A stretch of 64,000 nt of DNA, taken from assembly GCF_009914755.1 (NCBI RefSeq), contig NC_060948.1. One strand, 5' to 3'. Under the pieces are notes generated by a model that had not been told where the DNA came from, searched no databases, and was given only the letters and a program-made list of their open reading frames with translations. This document shows positions 13,501 through 30,086 of the stretch, one piece after another (the stretch's first letter is position 1; the number at the start of each line of letters is the position of its first letter). The stretch comes from the human T2T-CHM13v2.0 reference genome, Homo sapiens. Made by a program: the position numbers and the translations under genes.

Positions 13501-15071
13501 GAAAGAAATGCAATGGAATGGAATAGACTGGAATGGAATGGAATCGGATGGAATGTAATGAAATGTAATGGAAGGAATGCCATGGAATGGAATGGAATGG
13601 AATGCAATGGCCCGGTGTATAATGGAGTGCAATGGAATTCAGTGGAATGTAGTCAACAGGAATGAAATAGAATGGAATTCAATATAAGGGAATGGCATCC
13701 AATGGCAGGGAATGGCATCCAATGGCAAGGAATGGAGTGGACTCCAATGGAAACAACATGAAAGGAATATAATATAATGGAATGGCATTGAACGATATGG
13801 AATGCAATGGAGTTAAAAGGTAAGATATCAAATGGAAAAGAATTGAATGGACTCGAATGGAATATAACGGAATGGAATGGACTCGAATGGAATGTACTAG
13901 AGTTGAATGGAATGGAATGGAATGGAAAACAATGGAAAGGAAAGGAAGGGAATTGAAAGGAAAGGAATAGAATGGAATGGAATCGGATAGAACGGAATTG
14001 AATGGAATGGAAACTAAAGGAATAGCATAGAAAGGAATGGCATTGAATGGAATGGAATGGAATGGAATCAGATGGAACAGAAAGGAATGGAATAGAATCG
14101 AATGGTATGGCATCGAATGGATTGGAATGGAATGTAATGGAATGGAAAGGAATGGAATGGACTCGAATGGAATGTACTCAAATGGAATAGAATAGAATGG
14201 AATGGAAGTAAATATAATGGACTCGAATGGAATGGATTGGAATAAATTGGAATTGAATGTATTGGATTCGAATGGAAAGGAATGGAATGGAATGGAATGG
14301 ATTCGAATGGAATGGAATCGAATGGAATGGAACGAATTGGAATGTAATTGAATGGCGTCGAAAACAGTAGAAAGAAATGAAGTTTAATCGAATGATATCG
14401 AATGGAATTGAATGGAATGTACGCGAATGGAATGGACTGGAATGGAATGGACTCTATGGGAATGAAGAGGAGTGGAATGGACTCGAATGTCATGGAGACG
14501 ATTGGAATGGAAAGGAATGCAAAGGAATGGAATGGAATGGAATCTGATGCATCGCCATGGAATGGAATGGGGTCGAATGGAATAGAATCGAAAGGAATGG
14601 CATCCAATGGAATGGAAACGAATTGAATGGAATGGCATGGAATGGAATGGAAAGGAATATAATGGAAAGGAATCGGATGGAACGGAATGGAATGTAAAGG
14701 AGTCGAATGGAATAGAATCTAATAGAATTGCATTGATAGGAATGGAATCGAACTTACTCGAAAGGATTGGAGCCTAACAGAAGAGAATCGAACACAATAG
14801 CATCAAATGGAATGGAAATGAATGGAATGGAATGGAATGGAATGGAATGGAATGGAATGGAATGGACACACATGTAATGGACTTGAATGGAATGGAATCA
14901 AATAGAATGGACGCGAATGGAATGTTCTCAAATGGAATTTATGAAAATAGAATGGAATCGAAAGTCATTGAACATTATGGAATGGAATCAAATGGAATGA
15001 AATCGAATGGAAGGAACCGGAATGGAATGTACTGGAATAGAACGGACTCGAATGTTACGGAAAGAAAAGTA
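7546..15071 (+). repeat. HOR unit 2 (7526 bp), with a private 20-bp deletion near its start
   Basis: Anchor at 7546 and 15072; the ORF track repeats the unit-1 pattern at ~7.53 kb offset. Confidence 0.95.
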
Positions 15072-18000
15072 AGTGATTCGGATGTCTTTTAATTGAATGG
15101 AAAGAAATCAAATGGAATGGAAAGGAATAAAATGGAATGGAATGAAATAGAATGCAATAGAATGGAAGTGAGTGGAGTCGAGTTGAATGGAATCGAATTG
15201 AATGGAATAGAATGGAATAGAATCAAATGGAATGGACTCGAATGCAATGGAACCGAATGGAATGGACTGGAACATAATGGAATCGAACGTATTGGAATGG
15301 AAAGGAATGGAAAGGAATTGAATGCAACGGAAAGCAATGGAATCGAATGTAATGGAGTCGTATGTAGTGGAGTCGAATGGAATGGAATCAAATGGAAGGA
15401 AAAGAATACAATCGAATGGAATAGAATAGAATGCAACAGAATGAAACGGAGTGGAATCGAGTGGAATGGAATAGAATTGAATGGAATGGAAAGGAATGGA
15501 ATCGAATGGAATGGATCCGAATGGAATGGATCCGAATGGAATGGAATGGAACAAAATGGAATTGAACAGATTAGAATCGAATGGATCCGAATCGAATGGA
15601 ATGGAATAGAATGGAATGGAATGGAATGGAATGGAATGGAATGGAATGGACCCAAATGTAATGAACTCTAATGAAATGGACTTTAATAGAATGGATTAGA
15701 AAACAATGGGCTCGAATGGAATTTAATCAAGTCGAATTTAATGGAATGGAATGGAATGCAAAACTATGGAATAGCATCAAATGGAATGGAACAGAATAGA
15801 GTGGAATGGAATGGAATACACAGGAATAGAACAGACTCGAATGTAATGGATTGCAATGTAAGTGATTCAAAGGGAATGGAATCAAATGGAATATAATCAA
15901 ATGGAATGGAATGGAGTGCATTGGAATGGAATAAAATGGAATGCAAACAATGGTACAGAACTCATTTGAATCTAGAGGAGTGGAATCGAATGCAATGGGA
16001 AAGAATGGAATGGACACGAATGGAATGGATTGGAAACAAATGGAATGGAAAGGATTTTAATCATACAGAACAAAATAGAATGCAATGGACTCGAATGAAA
16101 TGGAGTCGAAGAGAATAGTATCAAATGGAAAGGAATGGAATGCAATCGAATCGAATGGAATGTTAATGAAATTAATTGAAAGGAATAGAATGGAATGAAG
16201 TGTAATGGAAAGATATCGAATTGAATGGAATTGAATGGAATGGACACAAACGGAATGGACTGGAATGGAATGAACTGGAAAGGAATGGAATGGAGCGGAA
16301 CGGACTCGAGTGCAATGGAATCGAATGGTATAGAATAGAATGGAATGGAATGGAAAGGAATAGAAGGGAATGGAATCGGATCCACGGGACAGATTGGAAT
16401 GGGGTAGAATTGAATAGAATCGAATGGAATGGCATCGAATGTAATGGAATGGAATGGACTCGAATGGAATGGAGTGACATGTAATGGAATCGAAAGGAAT
16501 GGAATCGAATGAAATGGAATTGAATGGAATAGAAAGGAATAGAATGGAATGGAGTTTAATGGAAAGATATTAAAAGTAATGGAATGGAATTGAGTGGACA
16601 CGAATGGAATGGACTGGAATGGAAAGGACTCGAATGAAATGGAACGCATTAGAATGGACTCGAATGGAATGGATTGGAGTGGAATGGTCTCGAATGGATT
16701 GGAAACGAATGGAATGCAAAGGAATAGAATGGAATGTAATCAAATGGAACGAAATGGAATGGAATGGATTCGACTGGAACAGAATTGAATGGAGTGGAAT
16801 TGATTGGAATGGAATGCAATCGAATGGAATGAACACGAATGGAATAGAATGAAATGAAATGGCATAGAATGGAATGGAATGGAATGGAATGGAATGGCAT
16901 GGAATGGAATGGAATGGAATGGAATGGCATGGAATGTAATGGAATGGAATGAAATTGATTGGAATGGGATGGGCCCAAAAGTAATGGACTCAAATAAAAG
17001 GGACTCAAATAGAATGAATTGGAAAGAAACGGTCTCGAATGTAATTCATTCGAATGGAATGATATTGAATGGAATGCAATAGTATGGAATGGTATCGAAT
17101 AGAATGGAATAGAATGGAATGGAATGGAACGGAATGGAGTGCATTTGAACGGACTCAAATGCAATAAATTGCAATATAATTGATTCAAATGGAATGGAAT
17201 CGAATACAATGTAAACAAACGGAATGGAAGGCAATGCAATGGCAAGGAATCGAATGAAATGGAATAAATGGAATGGAATCGAATGGAAAGGACGCGAATA
17301 TAATGGACTGTTAAGGAAAGGTCTCGAATCGAATTTATTCCAATAGAATGGAATCGAAAGGAATGCAATACTATAGAATCGAATCGAATGGAATGGAATT
17401 CAATGGAATGGACAGGAATGGAATGAACTGGAAGTGAATGGACAAGAACGTAATATATTGCAATGTAATGTATTCAAATGGAATGGAATGCAATCGAATG
17501 GAATTGACTCGATTGGAATGGACTGGAGTGGAATGGACTCAAATGGAATGTATTCGAATGTAATGGACCTGAAAGGAATGGAATCCAATGGAATGGAATT
17601 GAATGGAATCAAAAGGAATAGAATGGAATAGAGTGTCATTGAATGATATCGAATGGAAGGGAATGGAATGAAATCGAATGGAATGCACTGGAATGGAATG
17701 GACTCGATCAGAACGGACTGTAGCGGCATGTACACAAATGAAATGGAAACGAATGGAAAGGAATGAAATGGAATGAAATGGAATTGAAAGGAACGGAATG
17801 GAATGGAATGGAATGGAATGGATTGGAATAGAATGGATTCAAATAAAATAGAATCGATTGGAATGGTATTGAATGGAGGGGAATTGAATGGAATGGAAAG
17901 CAATGGAAGATATTGGAATCGAATGGCATCGAATGAAATGGAATGGAACGGAATGGAACGGACCCGAATGGAATGGAATGGACTCAAATGTAATGGACTC

Positions 18001-21000
18001 GAAAGGAATCGAATGAAATATAATAGACTCGAAAAGAATGGCCTCCAGCGGAATTTATTTGAATAGAATGGAATGAAATGGAATACAATAGTATTGAATG
18101 GAATAGAATGGAATGGAATCGAATGGAATGTAATCAAATGGAATGGAACGGAATTCAATATAATGGAATAGAATGGAATGCATTGGAAAGGAGCAGAGTG
18201 GAATCGAGTGGAATGGAATCGAAAGGAATGGAATCAAAGGGAAAGAAATGGAATTGAATGGACTTGAATGGAATTGAGTCGAAAGGAATTGACTCGAAAG
18301 GAATGGACTGGAACAAAAAGGAATCAAATGGACAGGAATGGAATGGAATGGAATGGAATGGACTGGAATAGAATGGAGTCAAATGCAAACGCATCGAATG
18401 GAATGGATTGAAATGGAATGCAATTGAATGGAATAGAAAGGAAGAGAATGGAATTGAGAGTAATGGAAAGATATGGATTGGAATGAAATGGAATGGAAAG
18501 GAATTGAATGTTAAGGAATGGACTCGGAAGAAATGGATTGGAATTTAATGGTCTCCAATGGAATGGACTGGAGTGGAACGGAATCGAATGGAATGAAAAG
18601 AATGGAACGGAATGGAACGGAAAGGAATAGAATGTTATGGAATCCGATTGGACCGAATGGAATGGAATGGAGTTTCATGAAATGGAGTCGAATAGAGTGG
18701 CATCAAAAGGAATGTAATGGAACGGAGTGGACTCCAAAGGAATGGACTCGAAAGGAATGGAGACGAACCAAATTGAATCCAATGGATTGGAGTCGAACAG
18801 AATGGAATGGAATGGAATGAACTCGACTGGAGTGGAGAGGAATGTAAAGGAATAGAATGGAATGTAATCAAATGGATTGCAACTGAATGGAATCAAAAAT
18901 AATAGAAAGGAATGGAGTGTAAAGGGATGATATTGAATATAATGGAATGGAATGGAATTCAATGGAATGGAGTCGAAGGAATGGACAGGAATGTAATGGA
19001 CTCCAATGGAATGGAATGGATGAAAATGGATTTGAACAGATTGGAATCGAACGGAATGGAATGCAATGGAATGGAATGGATTCGAATGGAGAAGAGACAA
19101 ATGGAATGGAAACGAATTCAATGGAATTGAAAAGAATAGAATGGAATGGCGTGTAATGGTAAGATACTAAATGGAATGGAATGGAATGGAATGGAATGGA
19201 TTGGAATGGACCCAAATGTAATGCCCTTGAATGGAATATACTCAAATAGAATGGAATCGAAAGGAAAGGTCTCAAATGGAATTTATTCAATACAATGGAA
19301 TCGAATGGAATGCAATAGAATGGAATGGAATCGAATGTAATGGAATCAAATAGAATGGACCAGAATGGAATGGACTGCCATAGAAGGGACTGCAGTGTAA
19401 TGGATTGAATTCTAATTCATTCAAATGGAATGGAATTGAATGGAATGGAATCCAATGGAATGGATAGGATTGTACTGGATTGGAATAGCATGGAATGCAA
19501 CGGAGTGGAATGGAGTTGAATGAAGTGGAATGGAATCGATTGGAATGGAATCAAATGGAATGGACGGGAATGGAATGGACTGGAAGAGAACAGACTCGAA
19601 TATAATGGATTGCAATGTAATTGATTCAAATGGAATGGAATCGAATGGAATGTAATAAAATTGAAGGGATTGGAGTTCAATGCAAAGGAAAAGAATGGAA
19701 TGCAAAGGAATGGAAAGGAATGGAGTGAAATCGAGTGTAATGGAATCGAATGGAATGAAATCGAATGGAATGGACTCAAAAGAAATGGACGAGGGACAAA
19801 ACTGAATCGAACTGATTGGAATGGAACGGAACGGAATGGAATGGAATGGTCTCCATTGGATCGGAGTAGAACGGATTGGAATGGAATGGAATGAAATGGA
19901 ATGGAAAGGAATAGAATGGAATGGAATGGAATGGAATGGAATGGAAGGTAATGGAAAGATAACGAACGGATTGGAAAGGAATGCAATGGACCCTAATGGA
20001 ATGGAATGGAATGGAACAGAAACCGATGGAATGGACTGGAGTGAAATGGAGTCGAATGTAATTGACTGGAGTGGAATGGACTCGAAAGGAATGGACTCGA
20101 ATAGAATGGACTGGAATGGATTGTGTTCGAATGGAGTGGAAAGGAATAAAATGGATTCCACCAGATTGGAATGGAACAGAATGGAATGGAATGGAATGGA
20201 ATGCAATGGAACGGCTTGACTGGAATGGAGTCGAATGCAATGGAATAGAAAGGAAAGGAATTGAATGGAATTGAAAGTAATAGATTTAAATGGAGTGCAA
20301 AGGAAAGATGTCGAATGGAATGGATCGAAAAGAAATAGAATGGAATGGACAGGAATGGAATGGAATAGAATGGAATAGACTGGCGTGCAATGAAAACGAA
20401 TGGAATGGAATGGAAAGGAATGGAGTAGAATAAATACTATGGAATGGAATGGAATGGAGGCGAAAGGAAAAGAATGGATTGGAATGTCACCGAATGGAAA
20501 GATAAGGAATGGAAAGGAGTGGATACGAATGGAATGGAATAGAAAGGAACGGAAAGGTAAAGAATGGAATGGAATCGGATAGAATGGAATGCAATGTAAT
20601 GGAGTCGAATGGAAAATAATCGAGTAGAATGATATTGAATGGAATGGAATTTAATGGAATGGAATGGAATGGAATGGACTCGAATGGAATGTACTCAAAT
20701 GGATTAGAATAGAATGGAATGGAACTAAACGTAATGAACTCGAATGGAATGGACACAAATAGAATGGAAGAGAAAGGAATGGTATTGAATGGAATTTATT
20801 CGAATAGAATGTAATTCAATGGAATGCAACAGTGTGGCATGGAATCAAATGGAATGGAATCGAATGGAATGGACCCGAGTGGAATGGACTCACATAGAAC
20901 AGCCTGGAATGTAATGGATGACAGTGTATTAGATTCGAAAGGACTGAAATCGAATGGAATGTAATCAAATAGAACGGAATTGAATGCATGGAATGGCATA

Positions 21001-22576
21001 GAAAGTAATGCAATGGAATGGAATAGACTGGAATGGAATGGAATCGGATGGAATGTAATGAAATGTAATGGAAGGAATGCCATGGAATGGAATGGAATGG
21101 AATGCAATGGCCCGGTGTATAATGGAGTGCAATGGAATTCAGTGGAATGTAGTCAACAGGAATGAAATAGAATGGAATTCAATATAAGGGAATGGCATCC
21201 AATGGCAGGGAATGGCATCCAATGGCAAGGAATGGAGTGGACTCCAATGGAAACAACATGAAAGGAATATAATATAATGGAATGGCATTGAACGATATGG
21301 AATGCAATGGAGTTAAAAGGTAAGATATCAAATGGAAAAGAATTGAATGGACTCGAATGGAATATAACGGAATGGAATGGACTCGAATGGAATGTACTAG
21401 AGTTGAATGGAATGGAATGGAATGGAAAACAATGGAAAGGAAAGGAAGGGAATTGAAAGGAAAGGAATAGAATGGAATGGAATCGGATAGAACGGAATTG
21501 AATGGAATGGAAACTAAAGGAATAGCATAGAAAGGAATGGCATTGAATGGAATGGAATGGAATGGAATCAGATGGAACAGAAAGGAATGGAATAGAATCG
21601 AATGGTATGGCATCGAATGGATTGGAATGGAATGTAATGGAATGGAAAGGAATGGAATGGACTCGAATGGAATGTACTCAAATGGAATAGAATAGAATGG
21701 AATGGAAGTAAATATAATGGACTCGAATGGAATGGATTGGAATAAATTGGAATTGAATGTATTGGATTCGAATGGAAAGGAATGGAATGGAATGGAATGG
21801 ATTCGAATGGAATGGAATCGAATGGAATGGAACGAATTGGAATGTAATTGAATGGCGTCGAAAACAGTAGAAAGAAATGAAGTTTAATCGAATGATATCG
21901 AATGGAATTGAATGGAATGTACGCGAATGGAATGGACTGGAATGGAATGGACTCTATGGGAATGAAGAGGAGTGGAATGGACTCGAATGTCATGGAGACG
22001 ATTGGAATGGAAAGGAATGCAAAGGAATGGAATGGAATGGAATCTGATGCATCGCCATGGAATGGAATGGGGTCGAATGGAATAGAATCGAAAGGAATGG
22101 CATCCAATGGAATGGAAACGAATTGAATGGAATGGCATGGAATGGAATGGAAAGGAATATAATGGAAAGGAATCGGATGGAACGGAATGGAATGTAAAGG
22201 AGTCGAATGGAATAGAATCTAATAGAATTGCATTGATAGGAATGGAATCGAACTTACTCGAAAGGATTGGAGCCTAACAGAAGAGAATCGAACACAATAG
22301 CATCAAATGGAATGGAAATGAATGGAATGGAATGGAATGGAATGGAATGGAATGGAATGGAATGGAATGGACACACATGTAATGGACTTGAATGGAATGG
22401 AATCAAATAGAATGGACGCGAATGGAATGTTCTCAAATGGAATTTATGAAAATAGAATGGAATCGAAAGTCATTGAACATTATGGAATGGAATCAAATGG
22501 AATGAAATCGAATGGAAGGAACCGGAATGGAATGTACTGGAATAGAACGGACTCGAATGTTACGGAAAGAAAAGTA
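15072..22576 (+). repeat. HOR unit 3 (7505 bp)
   Basis: Anchor at 15072 and 22577; collinear landmarks. Confidence 0.95.
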
Positions 22577-25500
22577 AGTGATTCGGATGTCTTTTAATTG
22601 AATGGAAAGAAATCAAATGGAATGGAAAGGAATAAAATGGAATGGAATGAAATAGAATGCAATAGAATGGAAGGGAGTGGAGTCGAGTTGAATGGAATCG
22701 AATTGAATGGAATAGAATGGAATAGAATCAAATGGAATGGACTCGAATGCAATGGAACCGAATGGAATGGACTGGAACATAATGGAATCGAACGTATTGG
22801 AATGGAAAGGAATGGAAAGGAATTGAATGCAACGGAAAGCAATGGAATCGAATGTAATGGAGTCGTATGTAGTGGAGTCGAATGGAATGGAATCAAATGG
22901 AAGGAAAAGAATACAATCGAATGGAATAGAATAGAATGCAACAGAATGAAACGGAGTGGAATCGAGTGGAATGGAATAGAATTGAATGGAATGGAAAGGA
23001 ATGGAATCGAATGGAATGGATCCGAATGGAATGGATCCGAATGGAATGGAATGGAACAAAATGGAATTGAACAGATTAGAATCGAATGGATCCGAATCGA
23101 ATGGAATGGAATAGAATGGAATGGAATGGAATGGAATGGAATGGAATGGAATGGAATGGAATGGAATGGACCCAAATGTAATGAACTCTAATGAAATGGA
23201 CTTTAATAGAATGGATTAGAAAACAATGGGCTCGAATGGAATTTAATCAAGTCGAATTTAATGGAATGGAATGGAATGCAAAACTATGGAATAGCATCAA
23301 ATGGAATGGAACAGAATAGAGTGGAATGGAATGGAATACACAGGAATAGAACAGACTCGAATGTAATGGATTGCAATGTAAGTGATTCAAAGGGAATGGA
23401 ATCAAATGGAATATAATCAAATGGAATGGAATGGAGTGCATTGGAATGGAATAAAATGGAATGCAAACAATGGTACAGAACTCATTTGAATCTAGAGGAG
23501 TGGAATCGAATGCAATGGGAAAGAATGGAATGGACACGAATGGAATGGATTGGAAACAAATGGAATGGAAAGGATTTTAATCATACAGAACAAAATAGAA
23601 TGCAATGGACTCGAATGAAATGGAGTCGAAGAGAATAGTATCAAATGGAAAGGAATGGAATGCAATCGAATCGAATGGAATGTTAATGAAATTAATTGAA
23701 AGGAATAGAATGGAATGAAGTGTAATGGAAAGATATCGAATTGAATGGAATTGAATGGAATGGACACAAACGGAATGGACTGGAATGGAATGAACTGGAA
23801 AGGAATGGAATGGAGCGGAACGGACTCGAGTGCAATGGAATCGAATGGTATAGAATAGAATGGAATGGAATGGAAAGGAATAGAAGGGAATGGAATCGGA
23901 TCCACGGGACAGATTGGAATGGGGTAGAATTGAATAGAATCGAATGGAATGGCATCGAATGTAATGGAATGGAATGGACTCGAATGGAATGGAGTGACAT
24001 GTAATGGAATCGAAAGGAATGGAATCGAATGAAATGGAATTGAATGGAATAGAAAGGAATAGAATGGAATGGAGTTTAATGGAAAGATATTAAAAGTAAT
24101 GGAATGGAATTGAGTGGACACGAATGGAATGGACTGGAATGGAAAGGACTCGAATGAAATGGAACGCATTAGAATGGACTCGAATGGAATGGATTGGAGT
24201 GGAATGGTCTCGAATGGATTGGAAACGAATGGAATGCAAAGGAATAGAATGGAATGTAATCAAATGGAACGAAATGGAATGGAATGGATTCGACTGGAAC
24301 AGAATTGAATGGAGTGGAATTGATTGGAATGGAATGCAATCGAATGGAATGAACACGAATGGAATAGAATGAAATGAAATGGCATAGAATGGAATGGAAT
24401 GGAATGGAATGGAATGGCATGGAATGGAATGGAATGGAATGGAATGGCATGGAATGTAATGGAATGGAATGAAATTGATTGGAATGGGATGGGCCCAAAA
24501 GTAATGGACTCAAATAAAAGGGACTCAAATAGAATGAATTGGAAAGAAACGGTCTCGAATGTAATTCATTCGAATGGAATGATATTGAATGGAATGCAAT
24601 AGTATGGAATGGTATCGAATAGAATGGAATAGAATGGAATGGAATGGAACGGAATGGAGTGCATTTGAACGGACTCAAATGCAATAAATTGCAATATAAT
24701 TGATTCAAATGGAATGGAATCGAATACAATGTAAACAAACGGAATGGAAGGCAATGCAATGGCAAGGAATCGAATGAAATGGAATAAATGGAATGGAATC
24801 GAATGGAAAGGACGCGAATATAATGGACTGTTAAGGAAAGGTCTCGAATCGAATTTATTCCAATAGAATGGAATCGAAAGGAATGCAATACTATAGAATC
24901 GAATCGAATGGAATGGAATTCAATGGAATGGACAGGAATGGAATGAACTGGAAGTGAATGGACAAGAACGTAATATATTGCAATGTAATGTATTCAAATG
25001 GAATGGAATGCAATCGAATGGAATTGACTCGATTGGAATGGACTGGAGTGGAATGGACTCAAATGGAATGTATTCGAATGTAATGGACCTGAAAGGAATG
25101 GAATCCAATGGAATGGAATTGAATGGAATCAAAAGGAATAGAATGGAATAGAGTGTCATTGAATGATATCGAATGGAAGGGAATGGAATGAAATCGAATG
25201 GAATGCACTGGAATGGAATGGACTCGATCAGAACGGACTGTAGCGGCATGTACACAAATGAAATGGAAACGAATGGAAAGGAATGAAATGGAATGAAATG
25301 GAATTGAAAGGAACGGAATGGAATGGAATGGAATGGAATGGATTGGAATAGAATGGATTCAAATAAAATAGAATCGATTGGAATGGTATTGAATGGAGGG
25401 GAATTGAATGGAATGGAAAGCAATGGAAGATATTGGAATCGAATGGCATCGAATGAAATGGAATGGAACGGAATGGAACGGACCCGAATGGAATGGAATG

Positions 25501-28500
25501 GACTCAAATGTAATGGACTCGAAAGGAATCGAATGAAATATAATAGACTCGAAAAGAATGGCCTCCAGCGGAATTTATTTGAATAGAATGGAATGAAATG
25601 GAATACAATAGTATTGAATGGAATAGAATGGAATGGAATCGAATGGAATGTAATCAAATGGAATGGAACGGAATTCAATATAATGGAATAGAATGGAATG
25701 CATTGGAAAGGAGCAGAGTGGAATCGAGTGGAATGGAATCGAAAGGAATGGAATCAAAGGGAAAGAAATGGAATTGAATGGACTTGAATGGAATTGAGTC
25801 GAAAGGAATTGACTCGAAAGGAATGGACTGGAACAAAAAGGAATCAAATGGACAGGAATGGAATGGAATGGAATGGAATGGACTGGAATAGAATGGAGTC
25901 AAATGCAAACGCATCGAATGGAATGGATTGAAATGGAATGCAATTGAATGGAATAGAAAGGAAGAGAATGGAATTGAGAGTAATGGAAAGATATGGATTG
26001 GAATGAAATGGAATGGAAAGGAATTGAATGTTAAGGAATGGACTCGGAAGAAATGGATTGGAATTTAATGGTCTCCAATGGAATGGACTGGAGTGGAACG
26101 GAATCGAATGGAATGAAAAGAATGGAACGGAATGGAACGCAAAGGAATAGAATGTTATGGAATCCGATTGGACAGAATGGAATGGAATGGAGTTTCATGA
26201 AATGGAGTCGAATAGAGTGGCATCAAAAGGAATGTAATGGAACGGAGTGGACTCCAAAGGAATGGACTCGAAAGGAATGGAGACGAACCAAATTGAATCC
26301 AATGGATTGGAGTCGAACAGAATGGAATGGAATGGAATGAACTCGACTGGAGTGGAGAGGAATGTAAAGGAATAGAATGGAATGTAATCAAATGGATTGC
26401 AACTGAATGGAATCAAAAATAATAGAAAGGAATGGAGTGTAAAGGGATGATATTGAATATAATGGAATGGAATGGAATTCAATGGAATGGAGTCGAAGGA
26501 ATGGACAGGAATGTAATGGACTCCAATGGAATGGAATGGATGAAAATGGATTTGAACAGATTGGAATCGAACGGAATGGAATGCAATGGAATGGAATGGA
26601 TTCGAATGGAGAAGAGACAAATGGAATGGAAACGAATTCAATGGAATTGAAAAGAATAGAATGGAATGGCGTGTAATGGTAAGATACTAAATGGAATGGA
26701 ATGGAATGGAATGGAATGGATTGGAATGGACCCAAATGTAATGCCCTCGAATGGAATATACTCAAATAGAATGGAATCGAAAGGAAAGGTCTCAAATGGA
26801 ATTTATTCAATACAATGGAATCGAATGGAATGCAATAGAATGGAATGGAATCGAATGTAATGGAATCAAATAGAATGGACCAGAATGGAATGGACTGCCA
26901 TAGAAGGGACTGCAGTGTAATGGATTGAATTCTAATTCATTCAAATGGAATGGAATTGAATGGAATGGAATCCAATGGAATGGATAGGATTGTACTGGAT
27001 TGGAATAGCATGGAATGCAACGGAGTGGAATGGAGTTGAATGAAGTGGAATGGAATCGATTGGAATGGAATCAAATGGAATGGACGGGAATGGAATGGAC
27101 TGGAAGAGAACAGACTCGAATATAATGGATTGCAATGTAATTCATTCAAATGGAATGGAATCGAATGGAATGTAATAAAATTGAAGGGATTGGAGTTCAA
27201 TGCAAAGGAAAAGAATGGAATGCCAAGGAATGGAAAGGAATGGAGTGAAATCGAGTGTAATGGAATCGAATGGAATGAAATCGAATGGAATGGACTCAAA
27301 AGAAATGGACGAGGGACAAAACTGAATCGAACTGATTGGAATGGAACGGAACGGAATGGAATGGAATGGTCTCCATTGGATCGGAGTAGAACGGATTGGA
27401 ATGGAATGGAATGAAATGGAATGGAAAGGAATAGAATGGAATGGAATGGAATGGAATGGAAGGTAATGGAAAGATAACGAACGGATTGGAAAGGAATGCA
27501 ATGGACCCTAATGGAATGGAATGGAATGGAACAGAAACCGATGGAATGGACTGGAGTGAAATGGAGTCGAATGTAATTGACTGGAGTGGAATGGACTCGA
27601 AAGGAATGGACTCGAATAGAATGGACTGGAATGGATTGTGTTCGAATGGAGTGGAAAGGAATAAAATGGATTCCACCAGATTGGAATGGAACAGAATGGA
27701 ATGGAATGGAATGGAATGCAATGGAACGGCTTGACTGGAATGGAGTCGAATGCAATGGAATAGAAAGGAAAGGAATTGAATGGAATTGAAAGTAATAGAT
27801 TTAAATGGAGTGCAAAGGAAAGATGTCGAATGGAATGGATCGAAAAGAAATAGAATGGAATGGACAGGAATGGAATGGAATAGAATGGAATAGACTGGCG
27901 TGCAATGAAAACGAATGGAATGGAATGGAAAGGAATGGAGTAGAATAAATACTATGGAATGGAATGGAATGGAGGCGAAAGGAAAAGAATGGATTGGAAT
28001 GTCACCGAATGGAAAGATAAGGAATGGAAAGGAGTGGATACGAATGGAATGGAATAGAAAGGAACGGAAAGGTAAAGAATGGAATGGAATCGGATAGAAT
28101 GGAATGCAATGTAATGGAGTCGAATGGAAAATAATCGAGTAGAATGATATTGAATGGAATGGAATTTAATGGAATGGAATGGAATGGAATGGACTCGAAT
28201 GGAATGTACTCAAATGGATTAGAATAGAATGGAATGGAACTAAACGTAATGAACTCGAATGGAATGGACACAAATAGAATGGAAGAGAAAGGAATGGTAT
28301 TGAATGGAATTTATTCGAATAGAATGTAATTCAATGGAATGCAACAGTGTGGCATGGAATCAAATGGAATGGAATCGAATGGAATGGACCCGAGTGGAAT
28401 GGACTCACATAGAACAGCCTGGAATGTAATGGATGACAGTGTATTAGATTCGAAAGGACTGAAATCGAATGGAATGTAATCAAATAGAACGGAATTGAAT

Positions 28501-30086
28501 GCATGGAATGGCATAGAAAGTAATGCAATGGAATGGAATAGACTGGAATGGAATGGAATCGGATGGAATGTAATGAAATGTAATGGAAGGAATGCCATGG
28601 AATGGAATGGAATGGAATGCAATGGCCCGGTGTATAATGGAGTGCAATGGAATTCAGTGGAATGTAGTCAACAGGAATGAAATAGAATGGAATTCAATAT
28701 AAGGGAATGGCATCCAATGGCAGGGAATGGCATCCAATGGCAAGGAATGGAGTGGACTCCAATGGAAACAACATGAAAGGAATATAATATAATGGAATGG
28801 CATTGAACGATATGGAATGCAATGGAGTTAAAAGGTAAGATATCAAATGGAAAAGAATTGAATGGACTCGAATGGAATATAACGGAATGGAATGGACTCG
28901 AATGGAATGTACTAGAGTTGAATGGAATGGAATGGAATGGAAAACAATGGAAAGGAAAGGAAGGGAATTGAAAGGAAAGGAATAGAATGGAATGGAATCG
29001 GATAGAACGGAATTGAATGGAATGGAAACTAAAGGAATAGCATAGAAAGGAATGGCATTGAATGGAATGGAATGGAATGGAATCAGATGGAACAGAAAGG
29101 AATGGAATAGAATCGAATGGTATGGCATCGAATGGATTGGAATGGAATGTAATGGAATGGAAAGGAATGGAATGGACTCGAATGGAATGTACTCAAATGG
29201 AATAGAATAGAATGGAATGGAAGTAAATATAATGGACTCGAATGGAATGGATTGGAATAAATTGGAATTGAATGTATTGGATTCGAATGGAAAGGAATGG
29301 AATGGAATGGAATGGATTCGAATGGAATGGAATCGAATGGAATGGAACGAATTGGAATGTAATTGAATGGCGTCGAAAACAGTAGAAAGAAATGAAGTTT
29401 AATCGAATGATATCGAATGGAATTGAATGGAATGTACGCGAATGGAATGGACTGGAATGGAATGGACTCTATGGGAATGAAGAGGAGTGGAATGGACTCG
29501 AATGTCATGGAGACGATTGGAATGGAAAGGAATGCAAAGGAATGGAATGGAATGGAATCTGATGCATCGCCATGGAATGGAATGGGGTCGAATGGAATAG
29601 AATCGAAAGGAATGGCATCCAATGGAATGGAAACGAATTGAATGGAATGGCATGGAATGGAATGGAAAGGAATATAATGGAAAGGAATCGGATGGAACGG
29701 AATGGAATGTAAAGGAGTCGAATGGAATAGAATCTAATAGAATTGCATTGATAGGAATGGAATCGAACTTACTCGAAAGGATTGGAGCCTAACAGAAGAG
29801 AATCGAACAGAATAGCATCAAATGGAATGGAAATGAATGGAATGGAATGGAATGGAATGGAATGGAATGGAATGGAATGGACACACATGTAATGGACTTG
29901 AATGGAATGGAATCAAATAGAATGGACGCGAATGGAATGTTCTCAAATGGAATTTATGAAAATAGAATGGAATCGAAAGTCATTGAACATTATGGAATGG
30001 AATCAAATGGAATGAAATCGAATGGAAGGAACCGGAATGGAATGTACTGGAATAGAACGGACTCGAATGTTACGGAAAGAAAAGTA
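22577..30086 (+). repeat. HOR unit 4 (7510 bp)
   Basis: Anchor at 22577 and 30087; near-identical to unit 3. Confidence 0.95.
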
